Shown: positions 1 through 15,600 of the stretch, one piece after another | Numbering within the stretch: position 1 is the first letter of the stretch | How the letters are laid out: each line of letters opens with the position of its first letter | NCBI RefSeq assembly: GCF_000150275.1 | Contig: NW_002060946.1 | Span: 3,243,454 to 3,307,453, forward strand | From: Trichoplax adhaerens | Lineage: Eukaryota; Animalia; Placozoa | Direction of reading: 5' to 3' | Length of the DNA stretch: 64,000 nucleotides | Position numbers and translations under genes: made by a program | The notes under the pieces: generated by a model | The model's input: the letters and a program-made list of their open reading frames with translations, nothing else | Database searches by the model: none | Told to the model about the DNA's origin: nothing

Positions 1-3000
1 GCAGTGATACTGTATTTGGTGACGGGTTTAAGAGATTAAATCAAATTGTAGGCGAAATGCGTTTAAATCATAAAATAAAATTTTCCATTGCGTTCCATCA
101 TCTAACTGATGTTCGTAGATCTCGGCTGGAGAACTGTTTTTCATCTAATTTATTAAAACTAAACGATCAGGTGCTATCCCTTATTATCTGCTTATCAATA
201 CGAGCAGCATACAAAATGTACTTGAATTACAGATAACATCAGTAAGCAACTATGCATCCTAACATGGCGGTTCTATTACTTATAAAACACGTTCCTACTG
301 GGTAGAGTACAGTTACAGAAGCTTATGCTTTCCTATTATATGGAGGGATTAGATGAAAATTTCCATTTTTCGCTTCAACACCTCACTCAAGCTCCGCGAT
401 TTCTACTTTTGAATGGCACGCTCTAAAATCTAAAGAATATTGAATATACAGTAGGCTGACTTCTCCACAATCTGCATTTCATAATTAACATAATAAATGC
501 ATTTGTAATGCAAAGTGTATTAACAAAAATTAAAATTTCTCATTACTAGAAATGACCCCTGATCGATCATTAAATTGTATTAGAAGATTCTCAGTCTGAA
601 CCTAAGTGAATATATTTTATTATTTGAGATAGATGAGGTACGCATTTGCCTTCCTATGTCTCTACCTCTGGCGAATATCATATAATGCTCTGTACGTTTA
701 GTTACTTCGTAATTACAATTACAGAGGTTCGACATAAATGTAATATAATACCATCTATAATTTTAAGGCAAGCCCTGAACAAAATTAAATTACAATTTAA
801 TTACTTGGAGCTATAATAAAAGAATTAGCTCACATTCGAGCATTCCATTGGGTAATCCTTTTATTACAATAGCACAAATGCAAATTTGATCTCTGGGTAA
901 ACATCCATTCTTCGCTCCAGCAACAGACGTTATCCTATTAATGACCTTCAAGAAATCATAATAATTATAATTACATTATAAAATTGAAAGGAAGTTTTTG
1001 AGTAGCTGCTTTGTAAATGGATCAAATTTAATGTGCAGCACTTGCATGAACAGATAAGTCAGACTTAAAGCGATTATCAAGTAAAAATTACGATCAAGTT
1101 AAGCAGGCGTATTGGCCATAGCATTATGATCACTGACTTGCTGCCGAAGTGTCTTGCTAAATCACTTTGTATATAAATGACTTAAAACTAATGTAGGTGA
1201 TATACTGTAGGTAAAGAAAAATGAGAAGAATGATATGTGTGATCTTTGAGACCTCTATTACGAATATTATATAATTAATAGGTGATTAATATTTATGAAA
1301 AAAACGTTATCACAAGTATGAAAATGGCATTGCATCATTTCTATCTACCACTAATCAAAGATAAAGTGCTATTAGACAGTAGAAAAATATGGATGGAGTA
1401 GTTAATCATTATGATATTATTTCCGTTTGCATCTATACCAACAAAGATTTGGTGTCAATTGATAACGGAAAATGAGAAAGTCATCGTAAAATAGTTTGAC
1501 ATTATCATACGATTACCGTTAAAATCTATAACAACATAGATCTAATGCGATAGGCAACGGAAAATGAGAAAAATAAATGGAATAATTGGGCATTAGCAAA
1601 TCGTTTCTATTGATATCTGTATACGCTAATAATCAATGATACAGTACTATTAGAAACTGGAGAAGTGCAGATGGCGAGTCGTTGAAATGACTAGCGTGAT
1701 CATTGAAAGATATTAACTCGAACACAATATTGCTGTAAGGGTATTAATGAGGCTAGCCAATGTACTAAATGCTACTATGTCATTGCATAAAATCTATTGC
1801 AGCACTCTACATCATCATTTTAATGATGGAATTGTGATGATACAGGAAAGAATATGTACAATATTAGTAATGGAAAATACAATGCCTCAGGCATTTTTTA
1901 TTAGAAGAGTTTATGCATTGCAATAAAATCAACCTCATGCTCTATCGCAAGCATTACCGTGTAAGAAGAGGAATATAATATTATTGAAGACCATGTTACA
2001 GCGCGATGCTGTTAGAATAATTGTTGCATAAATACCGTAGGAAATATGAAACGCGATTTGATACCCGCTAATCCTACGATATTATCCGCAAAATTTTGTG
2101 CAATTTACTCATACAAATCCCACTATGAAATAGAAACTACACATCGGCTACAAAACATATTGTAGAAAGCTATAGTTCACCTTTTGATACTGATCAATTG
2201 AAAATTATTATTAAACTGAAAATAAAAAATATAAAGGAGTGCCTGATTATCATGATAGCAAAGCAGAATTCGCTTCTCACATTTGTTAGTAAGGAATGAG
2301 AATAAATGAAGAACTTGGACAAATTTATCGGCATTTGAAAGTTATAATTTTGCTAAAATATTCAATATCATTAACTCTACCGGAACATAGCTTAGCATTC
2401 TATTTATTAATAAAATATCAATCAACGCAGTTATCCCAGGCAACTTATAGAATTGTAGCTAAAATCGACATTCATGGTAGTAGAAACTAGCTAGACCTAT
2501 TTTTTGTCCTTCACTTTATAATCTCTCTCTCGATTCACTAGCTTATACAGTGGATAGAACGAGTTAATGCAAGGTAATTTGATTTGAACATTGAAAATGG
2601 AAGAAATAGCTCTAAATTCCGTTTTTTATCCTACATGCTACAATTACATTTTTGTACTATCAGCAATGTTATGTATGATAGTTTGACTCATATACTCAGG
2701 AGCCATTGCTCTGATAGACTAGCGAAATCAGATATACAAAACTTGTTTACGACATCAATGTCATTAAAGCTGAAAAAATAAACTAAAAATTCATCCCGAT
2801 AAATTCAACAGACAAATAGACTATCATAACAGCCTAGAAAAATGAACAGACTGTCAATATTGAAACAGTTAAATATTGCTATTGGTCGCCATACCAGAAT
2901 AAATTCTATATTGATACATGTAGTGTCATTTTAAGCAATTAAAATTGAGATTAATCAATATTCGTTGCCCTATCCTTCTCAACTCTAATTACTTGCTAAT

Positions 3001-3683
3001 CGGCCATTTTAACGATTACTTTACCCAGTCTAGCCTATACCTCAAGTCCAAAATCTCTATACTACTTACTCTATTGCATGATGAGATCATTTTAAAGCAA
3101 TGGCTTCTAACGTTCATTGATCAACGATCCCTGTCCTATGCATAGTGTGAGCATGGAATGCAGCTTATCGATACTTTTCCTAGTTTCTAGTTTATTGATA
3201 GAGTCATCAATTGCTTCTACTACCAGACTTTTATTATTGATCAATATCTAATAAATATGCATGGATTGAAAGTATTTATAGCCAGTATCATTGATGAAAA
3301 GAAGCATCATTGTTTGGCATAATAATAACTACTGACTCGATATGACCTAAAGAAAAATACTTTATTTCCAGTTAATGTCAATAGCTTTGAATGCAAGATA
3401 TAACTTGTATTATTATTAATACAACCAATCAAATAGCATGCCTAGATCCTCTAGCTGGACGCTGTTTTTGTCATTTATTCTCGTTAATATAGAAACGCCC
3501 TATTCTAGATAATTAATTAGTAAGGTAGTGTGGTTTACAATTCATCACCATCACCATTAAACCACAATTTCAGCCGTAAAAAACAACTTGACTGTAGATT
3601 ATCGAATATCAACAGTTTTACATCTATAATTGCAGTGCATATTTATTCTTTATCCATTGCATTCAAGGAATCTTGCTCCAATT

Positions 3684-6600
3684 ATGGCAGCCGAACAATC
3701 ACAACAAGGTACGGAAATAGTCATTTAACACCTTGTAAATTAGCCGCAAAAAAACACACACTCCTATTCGTTTAACCTTGAAAATAAGTTAGTATTGATT
3801 GCTAATTCTACACAGTCGACAATCCGATATTTTTTCCTTTTCATAGACAACATGTTATAAGCAGCCTAATTCTAATAGGTATAAGCTAACTTAGAACCAT
3901 TTACATGAATCGTTGTTTTCCTATCTTCAGGTACAATGTCCGTGGGAAAATTGGAAAACATTGGTTACCACCTGGTTGTGCAAGTAGTGGCCAAAGGAGA
4001 TAAAATTGAAAATAGGATTTTGGTAAATACACTACCGATTAATGCAAGATTGTTGGCTTGAACTGTCCTACCTTGTCTGCAACTAGCGTTTTAAAATATA
4101 GAAAAAGATAGCGTAGAAATTTTATTTATAATGATAGATTTCATTATATTAGAAGTCCTTTTCCCCTCTATACATTATAGCTCTTGCTATATGGTAGCTC
4201 TCCAAATGATTGTCAAGTTATAATACTACCGCATAGAATATAGCTTCTAAATTTTTAACTCGCTCTTTTTATAAATGTGCGTGCATCTTTATAATTTATT
4301 AATACAAACCCGTAGCGGCTTCAAAGAATTAGGAGTAAGCTTTAGTGTACGTCAATTATGATGATATTACTTATAATTATATTTAGTTAGGAATGCCGTT
4401 TTGATGCATTTTTCAATCATGTATACCGATGCAATGTAGGATGTTATTTTTTCTCTTTCGTCTTAGCTAGTGAATGTAGTTCCTAAAGCATAAACATTGC
4501 ATTGAAACATGAACGAATCAAATAGAGCACAAACCTTCTTTCCACGAAGTAGAAGGCTACAGCAATAGCGCTCAATGCTGACGAGTATTAGTAAATAGAA
4601 TCACCACAAGTTCTTTTACTTCCTTCTTCCGCTATAATTTTTTTCCGAATAGAACTTTGTAGTGAGTTAACAACTGATTACTTTAAACACTAGGCCAAAA
4701 CACATACCAAGATAATCTTAAGACATTCTATTTTCCACCCCTCTCAGCTACTCATTTTTTAGTAAACTATCATCGTATCAACACAGCGATGAATAGTATA
4801 GGGCCCACAGGTTGTTTTGCTTTCCACTCCGTAGAAAAGCTGTTGTTGCTTCCAGAAACTAGGAGTCAAGTTTACCTTTAATATTTTTAAAATCTCAAAC
4901 ACATTTGTACATAGAATTGCTATGCTTTAGTTAATATCAGCTACCAAATAATGCCTCTATCCTTCGTGACTGTAAAATACCATCATAAAAAAGCAAAGCT
5001 GTAACTTTTGTCAATCTATATTTATCCATGTATGCTATAACACCTTTTAAGAAGCTTCTTTACCGTAATAGCGTAAATTACTTCCTATAGTGACGTTATT
5101 AAAATTATCGGATTGTTATCATAATTTTATAACTGATTGATAGGATACATAGCAGATACATTTTCATCACTTTATTTGGTCTTTCCTATCGTAATGCTCG
5201 TATTTTTTTAAGGAATCAGAATATAGGAGAGTCTATTATCGACTTAATCATCAACATTATAATCCCAGTAGCCAGGATTGATATTGGCTTGCAGAATATA
5301 GACAATGAATTTATGACCTTGACATTAGCACAAAATTATTTGCTTGATCTTTATAATCCCAGTAGATGCATTTATTATTAATTATAATAATTGTTAGACT
5401 AATTATAGAATCAAAGTAATATTGCTAACTGTTACCTACTGATATTATAGGCTCTTGCTCCTTACCGATTTTATTTACTAGCAACAGTCAAGGATCATCT
5501 GAAGGTATTTAACCAGTTTCACAGAATAATTATGCAAGCAACTGCCATTATTTTATCTGCAATCAAGGAATTTCTAATTTATGACAATCCTAAACTAGCC
5601 TACAGTACGGAAAAGATTCCAATTAAGTAATTTCTCAATTGGTAGTCCTTATCCCTTTCATGTCAATCTGATAGATAACAGTTGTTGCAATTGCTATTTC
5701 CTTCAAATTTTTTTCACTCTATATGTTGTAACTTGATGTCACGATCTACACTTACGATAATAATATAAGATTTTATTTTGGGAGAATCCATGTCTGTCGA
5801 TTAAGATTCATCTATATCGTTCTTGATAATTTGACGGAGAATTCAATCAATGACTAGCTTTACGTATTCTTTGATGATTGCTGGCAAAAATGTTGCTCAT
5901 GCTATGTCTGCCATCAATAGCAGTTGGTAAAACTCATGAAAAGATTCGAGTCAATGTAGCACTACAGATTTTAATAACGACTATTGCTACCGTAAAACTC
6001 GACCGGATGCTGTAGATTAAGACTGAGTTTAGTCATCATAATTGTAAGTATTTATTCAATCTCTTATAAATTAAACAAATGATGATTAACGTGCTACAGC
6101 AATAATTGCATAGTCAAACTAGGGCAACATGATTCCATAACATTTGTTTATTCGTCATCTGAAGGTAATACAGAGGAAAGCTCAGTTTGCGTCCATCATT
6201 TTTCATCAATATATTCGTAACTCTTAATTTCAAGAATTACTTATAATCACTCATAGGAAATTAATTAACAGCAACTTCATAGATTTAATGAGATTAATGC
6301 AATAATGAACATCCTGTTATAGGTTTCTACTATACCATACGATAACTAGTCGTAAAATCTCAGCTTAAAAGTCAAAATGAGGTCATTGCTCCAAGGATGT
6401 AAATGTTTTAAGGAATTCTTACTGTAACTCTTCACGATATCAAACAGTAATTGCTGTAAAATCTCATTAAAAATGTCACAATGTGTTGATTGATTCAAGA
6501 GCGGTAAAACCTTGAGAAATATCCTATCATCTTTTTACTATTCCTAAACCACTCCTAACAAGTTCACCAAGACAGTGATTAATAGATCAATTAAATCAAC

Positions 6601-9600
6601 GAAGCTTCCAAAAGCATTCTGTTACAAGTTTTTACTATATAATTATTTCCCTCAAATGCTACAAAGCAACAACTATCGATTTAATAATATCAAAACTTTA
6701 AGGAATATCTTGTAATAAGATTTTACTAATTATAATTACGAGTAAACTGCCAGCTAACTAAATTGTAAACGAGTTATTAAACTCAGTAAACTTAATTAAT
6801 GAATCAGTTAAATCGACGGCAATAACGATTTAATTTTACAGAATCAAAAATGTTTTCTGGAGACACTTTTTAAAATAATCCCTTGACCATTGTTTTGAGT
6901 ATAATTTGCATTAAAGGTGGCTAACTTTTGATTCATTTCAGACCGAAACTAACTTTCACTTCTTGGAATTAACTTCAGTAGTTGGAAAGTCTAATGCGGT
7001 AAGTCTATGATGATTTCTTTATTTTCAATATTGATCGTCACGGATATCTGTTCTTTAATTGAGTTGATAAGAACATAAATTTTGATGATAGTTCCCCCAT
7101 GTATTTATTCTAGCATGCTGCAGGTTACTTTTTCAATAACATCTAAATCTTTTTTCCAATATTACAGGTGAATTATGAACCCCAGCTAATTTGTAGTTAT
7201 GGTAACAAATCCGTGGAGATCCACTTCAAGAAAACTTCCGATTTAGAAGATGTCGTACGACATATTGTTCTGTCATTGCAGACAACATTTGCGGAAACTG
7301 ATATCACGTAAAACTACAAGATTGGCTATAAATTCATTTTAAAAATTTCATTTTATTCAAATCTTTTCGTTGCTAATGACTTTGGCAAAATAAATTTACT
7401 TCGCAACTCATGTTTCTGTTTCGCTTTGGTTTATAACTGCAGGAAAATTATCAATTTGCAATTGGAAGATGAAAGTAGTATGAAGAAGATAGTCGATGCT
7501 GCTGAACAAGCTAAAGCCCTTCAAGATGAACCTGAACCATGCGGTTAGCACTTCTACATTATGACCTATTATAACTCAAACGCAAATTGCAAATCTAATA
7601 TAACATTTAGCAGCCACGATGTATTTTCTCTTACTACCCTAAATTACTTCAACCTTAGGCGGTTACTCGCGGATGTACATGTGCTTATCAAGTTATTACC
7701 ATACAGCCTATCGTGAAGAAGTTGCCTGGGTAGGTGGAAATGATATTTTAGCTAGTCATATGGGCAAGTAGAAGCCTAAAGATGAGGAAAACTTAAGTCA
7801 TTAGAATGCCCTTCATTCTTCCGACTTTATGTTCTTGTTCTTCGCAAAAATTACAATGCATATTGTAACTGCTATCACGCCGGTTTGTTGTAGGATATCG
7901 ACACAATTTACATGGCGCAAAATAGTAAAGAACTCAATTTAAATGATTTCGATCATTTGGACCCTAAGTAAGAAAAATCCTAGTATTTCTTTACGGCAAT
8001 TAATTTATTTACTTGTAGAATGTTGTTTGCTACGGGCTCTAATACCTTAATCTCCACAGAATATTTGCAGCAATTATTGCCGCGCTAGAACACAATAAAT
8101 GGTTCAATAAACTCTACATCTCCAAGGCAAAACTGGTAATTCTATTCAGTCATTGACGATAGATCTCATGTTTTCATTTATACTTATGAATCACTACTGC
8201 TATTAAATTATGGAACAGCTGTAGCTAGATAGATTACTTGCCGGTCGTATCATCTTTGTTAAGCTTAGTAGCTTTGCAATACATTTCGGAGGGATAATTC
8301 AAGATTATTTCATCATCTTTCGTTTTAAAGTAGAGGCGCATCAGTAGATTATCATGCCACTAGTAGTATCTCTTATCAAATAGCTTAGCTACGTATTGCA
8401 TTTTGAAATAGTAAATAAGATTATGTGGTCTTCTAGCTTATAATAGAAAGACATAAGTAGATTAACTCATTTTCCGTTTTAGAATAGAGGTGATTCGATA
8501 GATTATTCCGTATGTCAGTAGTTTATTCCCTAACCAAATAGCTCAGCTACGTGTTGCATTTTCGAATAATAAACAAGGTTATGTTGTCTTCTAACTTAGA
8601 ATAGACAGATTGTTATAAAAGTAGTATAGTATAGGTCCTTGCCCAATAACAGTTTAACATGTACTATAGAGAGGAAAAACAAGATTATTTTATCTTTTGA
8701 GAGTATTTTAATATGGAAATGTAAAGGTAGATTATTATACCTGCAGTATTATCCTTCCTAAGCATGGTAGCTTAGCTATATGTATTTTGATGGGATAAAC
8801 AAGATTATTTTTAACTTCTACTTGTATTTTAAAATAGAGATGCATGGGTAGATCATTACCATAGTAGCATCATCCTAATCAAATAGCTTAGTTATACACT
8901 TAACAGAGATGAACAGGAGGGTTTTACCTTCTATTTTAGAACGGAGATGCCTTTGATGCTATCGTTAAGGTCTTTAAAACTTCCAGCGTTATAACCGAAT
9001 GCCAAATAGTTGGTGTTCATCCGGCAGGGTAATTCGAAAATAGAAATTTTGTTTCTCTGCAACAAAGCTGCAAAATAATATCCAATTCCGATTGTTATAG
9101 TGTTATCCAGTCCGCTATCCAAACTGCGGTCAATTTTTCGTTTAAAGATTTCGGCGCTAACTTTGGTCAAGCCTTGGCCACTAATAAACATTTGGCGTTA
9201 ACAAAACTTGACCTGTCAGGAAATAACTTGGAAGATAAAGGTGCTCATCTATCCTAGGGTTAAATGATTCTAATACGGCGAATAAATTTTAAATTACTTT
9301 AGTATTATTTTCAAGCTATTCCTTCCATACTGATTTCTAATTGTCATCTCTCAAGGTATAATTTCTATCGCAAGCGCTTTGGCTGCCTCTAACATCAACC
9401 TGCAGACCCTAAATCTATCCAAAACGGGCATGACATCTAAAGGTAGAATATATCTTCCATAAATTCTTTCTATAGATAGATACTTAAAAGAGAAATCGTA
9501 CTGTTTCCATAACCCACAGTTCTTCAAGATTATAAACGATTGCTATTTACTATCTAGGTGCTTCAGCTATTGGCTCTGCAATCAAAAGTAACCATCAAAT

Positions 9601-12600
9601 TCAGACATCATTAACAACGTAAGGAATACTACCCTATCAACTATTATCTTTAGCCTCGAGATCTCATTAAAATGAAAATAGCAATTAATCACCTCCTTTT
9701 CATTTTAACTAGGCTCAATATGTCCGAAAATTCACTCAAGGGCGATAATATGGTAAGATAACATCCATTCTCTTCTCCTCTACTGCTGTTCATAATTCTC
9801 TTTCTATTTACCATCAAATTGACTTTTCTTCCTTCGTCCATTTTACGTAGTCTTGGAGTGATTTTCTGTCAAATCCTCATAACATTTCTCATCTTGATTT
9901 ATCCAACTCGGATTGCCAGCTGGGCATGGTAATATATGTGCATGCTAGTATAATTATTGCAAATGGAAGTCATTCTTTTAGCTTCAACACTCTAGAGGAA
10001 TCAAATGTTAATCATCTATTTCCTATTAGCTCTTTACAGCTCTTATCGTTGGGTGTGCGGATATTATGGAAGAAATTAACTTCTCTGGCAATTACTTTGT
10101 TAGCAAGTAAGTTATGGCCAACTGATTGTATAGGATTTCCTCAAAGAAATTAATTAAGGCATAGGCAAGAGTCTTTCAGCGTTTTTAATTAATATCTTCT
10201 AAAAGTTTCTGTTTTATTTGATGATACTATCGATAGGAAAGCCAAAGATTATGTTATTCCAACAACGATTGAGGCAGTAAGTATCTGTATCTATTAATAT
10301 TATTAGTAGGTCTGAAGTGGTCGGAAATGATAGCTAGGACTATAGTTTTGATATTAAAGAAATCTTAATTACTTTTGTATATACATGCTAAAAAATTGAT
10401 AGACTCTTTATGCAATAATCTACATGGCTTGATTGTAAACTAATTCTAGAGCTTATTACCTACGAGCACTAATTCATCCTATCTTACTATACGCATATCT
10501 TAGTATTTCAAAGCTGCAACTTCATTAAAGAAAATTGATCTTTCCAATTCGAAAATGCCTGTCGAAGCTTTGAGGTAATAGCAGATTCATTCTATCATTG
10601 CGATCTCTAATTCAACGGCCATCCTATCCATACAGTACATATGATGTATTCCTGCAGAATGATTTTCAATGAGCCGAAGCATCCATGTAATGCCATATTG
10701 GCAAGCCAAGTGTTGTTAAAAAATATTTACTTTAACAGTAAATTTAGTACCTGCTCAATATCAATTCTATTCTATAATCTGTCAGCTCTAACTGGCTAAA
10801 ATGTTAAAATTTATAACCAGTTCGATATTATCATTACCCCTCTTAGCTCCGTTTAATGCAGTATTGCCATGATAACCCTTGCTAGATCAGTTTCTTTACA
10901 ACATCCATATATTGCCTGCTTTATATATATAACATATATACTGATTCTTGCTGGCAGGAATACCAAATTTTTTAACCAATTTGACAGCATAAATCAATAT
11001 ACCATATGTTAATCTTAGTTCAAAATCATTGATGCCGATGAAATGAATTTATAACTGACTTTCTCGTATTAATTTCAATATAACAGTATGATTGTGAAAG
11101 GCTTGCTCGATAATGTCCATATCAAAGACGTCGAATTGAATCTGAGTGGTAATGAGGTTAGAAAGCATTTATGCTAGGAGAGGTCTTGAAAATGCAAAAC
11201 TCTATTTTTGTTTTCCTAATTTATCGCTCATTTCCCATAAACAGCTCAAGTCGGCCGGCGCCAAAGTCTTAATAAGCAGGATTTCAGCGTTGTCATCGGT
11301 TACCAACCTGGATATTAGTGATAATGGTAATATAGTTGACTAAATCTATTTTAAATTGGCTATTTTGGCTGTGTACTTAAAGTAAATTCAGTGTAAAACA
11401 TTTTGTATCTACTTTAAACTGTTAGGCTTTGAAAGTGATTTAGTAGAAATTATGGATGCATTAACTGAGATTAAAGGGTTAAAGCACTTGGCTGTAGGTC
11501 AAAATTTCAGCCGTTCCAACAAGTTAGTCTGTTTAATTTAAATTTAGATGGAAATCAATTTCTGCCGTACTTATTTCTCCGGACAAAATCCTAATAGTCT
11601 TTTCTTCAATGCTATAGGAATTTGCATGAAATTCTAGATTCAATAGGAAGATTAGTCAACTCTGAAGAATTGGTTAGTATTTAATTGCAAAGCAAAATTT
11701 AACCTTGAAAATGATGACGATGATGGCAACTGTAAGAATGTTATTCGTAAAGTGTTATACAATTTTTCTATCATCCTTAGCAACTTACACATTTATCCTT
11801 GGCTGGTTCCAAGCTTAAACATGATATTGCCGTTTTACTTGATGCACTGGGGATGAATAAGACATTACGCAGCTTGGATATATCGTAAGTATATATTTGA
11901 AGGTTTAAATTACTTTCACGATCTACTAAAAACAAGAAACGATTACTTTACGGAAGATAAAATTTATAAAAGAATTTCATTTGAATAATAATTCCCAATC
12001 AATGGCTACTATAAATAGTAACAATTTTACAGAATTTATGATGTAGTTAAGCCTATTTCTTTAACTAGAGATACTGTGCCGCAATCTTTCTAATCGATAT
12101 CGCTTTTTTTCAGTATCTAGTATCGCCTTTAATATACTGTAAAGTTTAGTCGTATATTGATCATGAAGGATGTCTACTTGCTCAGATATTAAAACAATTC
12201 TTTCTAGCCTGGTAGGACTATTTTAATTAAGGGTTTATTACAATCTGCCCATATAAATTTTAAAATATAAAAGTCTCATCTTATTTGTTTATCATATCAC
12301 GAATATTGTTTACTTTCGATATCAATGATAATGTTATTTATAATCCTTAAGAAAATAATCAAATGGCGTTTGTCATACAATATACTGATTGCCTATATGT
12401 AGTAGAAATTCCAGTCTTTCAGCTTTGATTGGATTGTTTTTTGTAAAGTTAATTTTATAATTAGGCTCAGAGTTTATACAATTAATACATGCAACCGTAG
12501 ATAAATAACCCATTACTAACAGTTTAAGCAAGTTCAAATATCAGACATTGAAAGCAAATCTTTCTCGTTTCGTTGAATAGTCCTTTGGTGAAAATCAATT

Positions 12601-15600
12601 ATTACTAGGCTCAGAGTTTAAAGTATAGAATCTTGTCATCAACATTTATCGGAAATTTTATTTACTGTAGATATTTTATGGCTATAACAAATCTTTAACA
12701 GAAATTATCTTACTTTCTATTTAAATTTATAATAGAGTATTTCATAATTTTACTTTTTAGCGGCAACGGCATGGGCAATAAAGGAGCAAAAATCTTAGCT
12801 AAGGTTCTTTTCTTAAATTCGACGCTAGAGTAAGTGTTGTAACATTATGAATTTCTTCTAAGTTGTACGAATACTCGTATACATAAAGAATAAACAAAAT
12901 TTGATGATGATTAACCAATTCTATCGACATATTTAAAAAATTAGAACCATTTTCTGGGACAAAAATAGTGTCTCTTCACATGGATTCCGAGATATTGCTA
13001 GAGCTCTACGAAGGTTATTTTTTATTTCAAAAGGATATATAATTAATTAGAATGGAGTAAAATGCAAAATAAGTATTGAAACAAAGATAGGAAATTTAAT
13101 AAATATTTTACGTTTACGCGAATGTTGTTTAATTCAGGTTATTTAATGCTCACAACTTTAAAATATTGTCGCAATTATTAAGCTAAAATTTATATTATCA
13201 CGACAGAGAATAAATTATTGGCATGTAAGGGTAAATGAGCATTTTGTCTATATACACATAAATCTATATTAGCAATTATGCGGTGAAATTTATGCCAATT
13301 CCAGTTCACGATGCCTCTGGAGTACTGAAAAGTTCAACAAATAGACATTTAAGAGAGGTTAGTTAATATTCAAAGTTGAAATCTGTTCAATTTCAGTAAT
13401 GGATTTATAATAGTCATTTCTTATAAACTTTATTGTCTACTTTTAATCATTCTTTAGATTCAAGAATTACTTAAGAGAAATAACACGGAAAATAATGCTT
13501 TTGCAGAAGCAACCTATCGACTTGAAGAAAGTATCATGAGTTATGCCATTTTTGATGTAAGTTTATTTCCTTTAAAATGCTGGTAATAATATGATCAATT
13601 GCTCCAGTGAGCAAAAAGGGCTACCCATAGCCAAGTTATTGTGTCTTAACGATCAATTTCACTCTATAAGTAAATTAGATTAATAAATATATTATTATTC
13701 TTGCTATTATTGAACTATAGAAACTTGATTCAGCAATTTACTCTCTAGAAGAAATAACAGTTAAAGCTAAAGCTGCAGGAGTAAAATATGACAGCATCAA
13801 AGTTGATAAATTAATACAAGCAACAAGAGATATCAAACAGGTTCATCTTTTTCTCCCTTCTCCTTACGAATAATATTATTGTTACTTGATTATTCATCCA
13901 GTGAATCAGTGAACAGCTTTTTTGCTGATCTCGTAGTAGCAATAGTTTTTAATCCATGGCTAATGCTGTCATTACTCTTACGTATAACATTTATCCTAGT
14001 GGTCAAATAAGTTGAGACTAGAATTTGAAGACAACGTCGATAAAGCTTTAAAAGATCGCTTAAAGGATGGAGTTGTTAAAGTTGCAGAAAGTTCAAAAAC
14101 TACATTAGAAGCTATTCTAAAGGTATTTATGCATGGATAGATGCTATCGTAGTTGAACTAATCTGTCTCATGAGTTCCACGTATGCATAAAGATAGGAAA
14201 CGGATCGTTTTTCTAGCTTTTAGCAGATTTTAAACTTTTTGTTTGATTGTACCAAGATTCTGCTGCTCCTTTTAAGTAATAGATGATTTATGTCCTGATA
14301 GGAGAGTTCAGAATCACTCGCTAACAAAGTTATCAAGCAATTGGCACCAGATTTCGACTTAAAGGTAAGGCTAATAAGATACTTTATACGTATCCACGTA
14401 AAATACATGATTTATGTTATAATTAGGGTAGACCTAAATTATTATATTATCTAATAAGTATCTATTTATTGCACTAAATATTGTAAAATAATCGACTTTT
14501 TAATCATTTATTTAAATATCTGATAATACTGAATTAAATCTTTATCCATCATTGGATAGATATTGATCTTTAATAAAAGGAAATGTTATGTATTTTCCTA
14601 GGATCAACAAGAAAAGTTGACTACTATTTGCCATGAAAAATCTAATATTGAGGAATTTCAGATTCAAGATCAGGTCTTAAATCACGTCATACACTATTCT
14701 AAATATGAAACCAGGTAATGTTCACTAGGTTTGAAATTTGCACAAGACAATTAGGAAGATGATGATGATCATCAGATTGTTTATTTGCGAAGCCATGAAA
14801 TAAATATCTTTTATTTATTAATCTTCTTTCCTGATTGTGTTTATGTCAAATTATTATAAACAGCAAGAGATCTCTGGATATCATGTCAGCAATTTCAGAT
14901 GTTGTAGTTGATGTTATTTTGGAGATTTATGCTAAAGAAATATCAACAATAGAAGAAGATATCAAGAAGGCCGCGAAAACTGAAACTTCTGAAAGAGAAT
15001 CTGGTGACATTGCTTTACTTACTCTTCCAGGAATTGCTGCGGTAATAAGAATTTATACAGTATAAAAATATTAAAATATTTGCAATAATTAGACCATTTG
15101 AGTATTAAATATACAGCTTAAATATCGCTTGTAAAAGGTTAGTATACATATAGTTTGTACTGATACGAAGGTATCCATTAACACTTGCAAAGCAAAGCTC
15201 TCATAATTATTTCATCTTGTTGGATTAATTAAATACCTTAAAATATGAATATGGACTTGCAAAGATTATAATTGAAGTTGATTTTACACTTGCTTGTATA
15301 CATACAGGATTACTCTTTAGCCTACATTCCATTCTATATCTATAGTATCGAGCACAAATATTGTCTACCGGTTATTAAACATTGGCGAGAACATGTCAAC
15401 TAATACTTGCAAAGTTATCATAGTTAATTAGTATCGCAGGATAAATAGACGTTTTAAAATACAATTATAACCTGCAAAAGATTATGAATGGCGTTAATTT
15501 GGCGTTTACTCGTAATTGTATATACAGAATTATTCTATAGCCTTGAATTCCATTTCTATATCTATAGTATCGAACGCGAACATTATCGGCTGCTAATCGC

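Noticed and set aside
1600-2050. Possible decayed LRR-coding remnants (also ~5780-5940)
   Set aside because: Only short LRR-flavoured peptides interrupted by stops; not supportable without a search.
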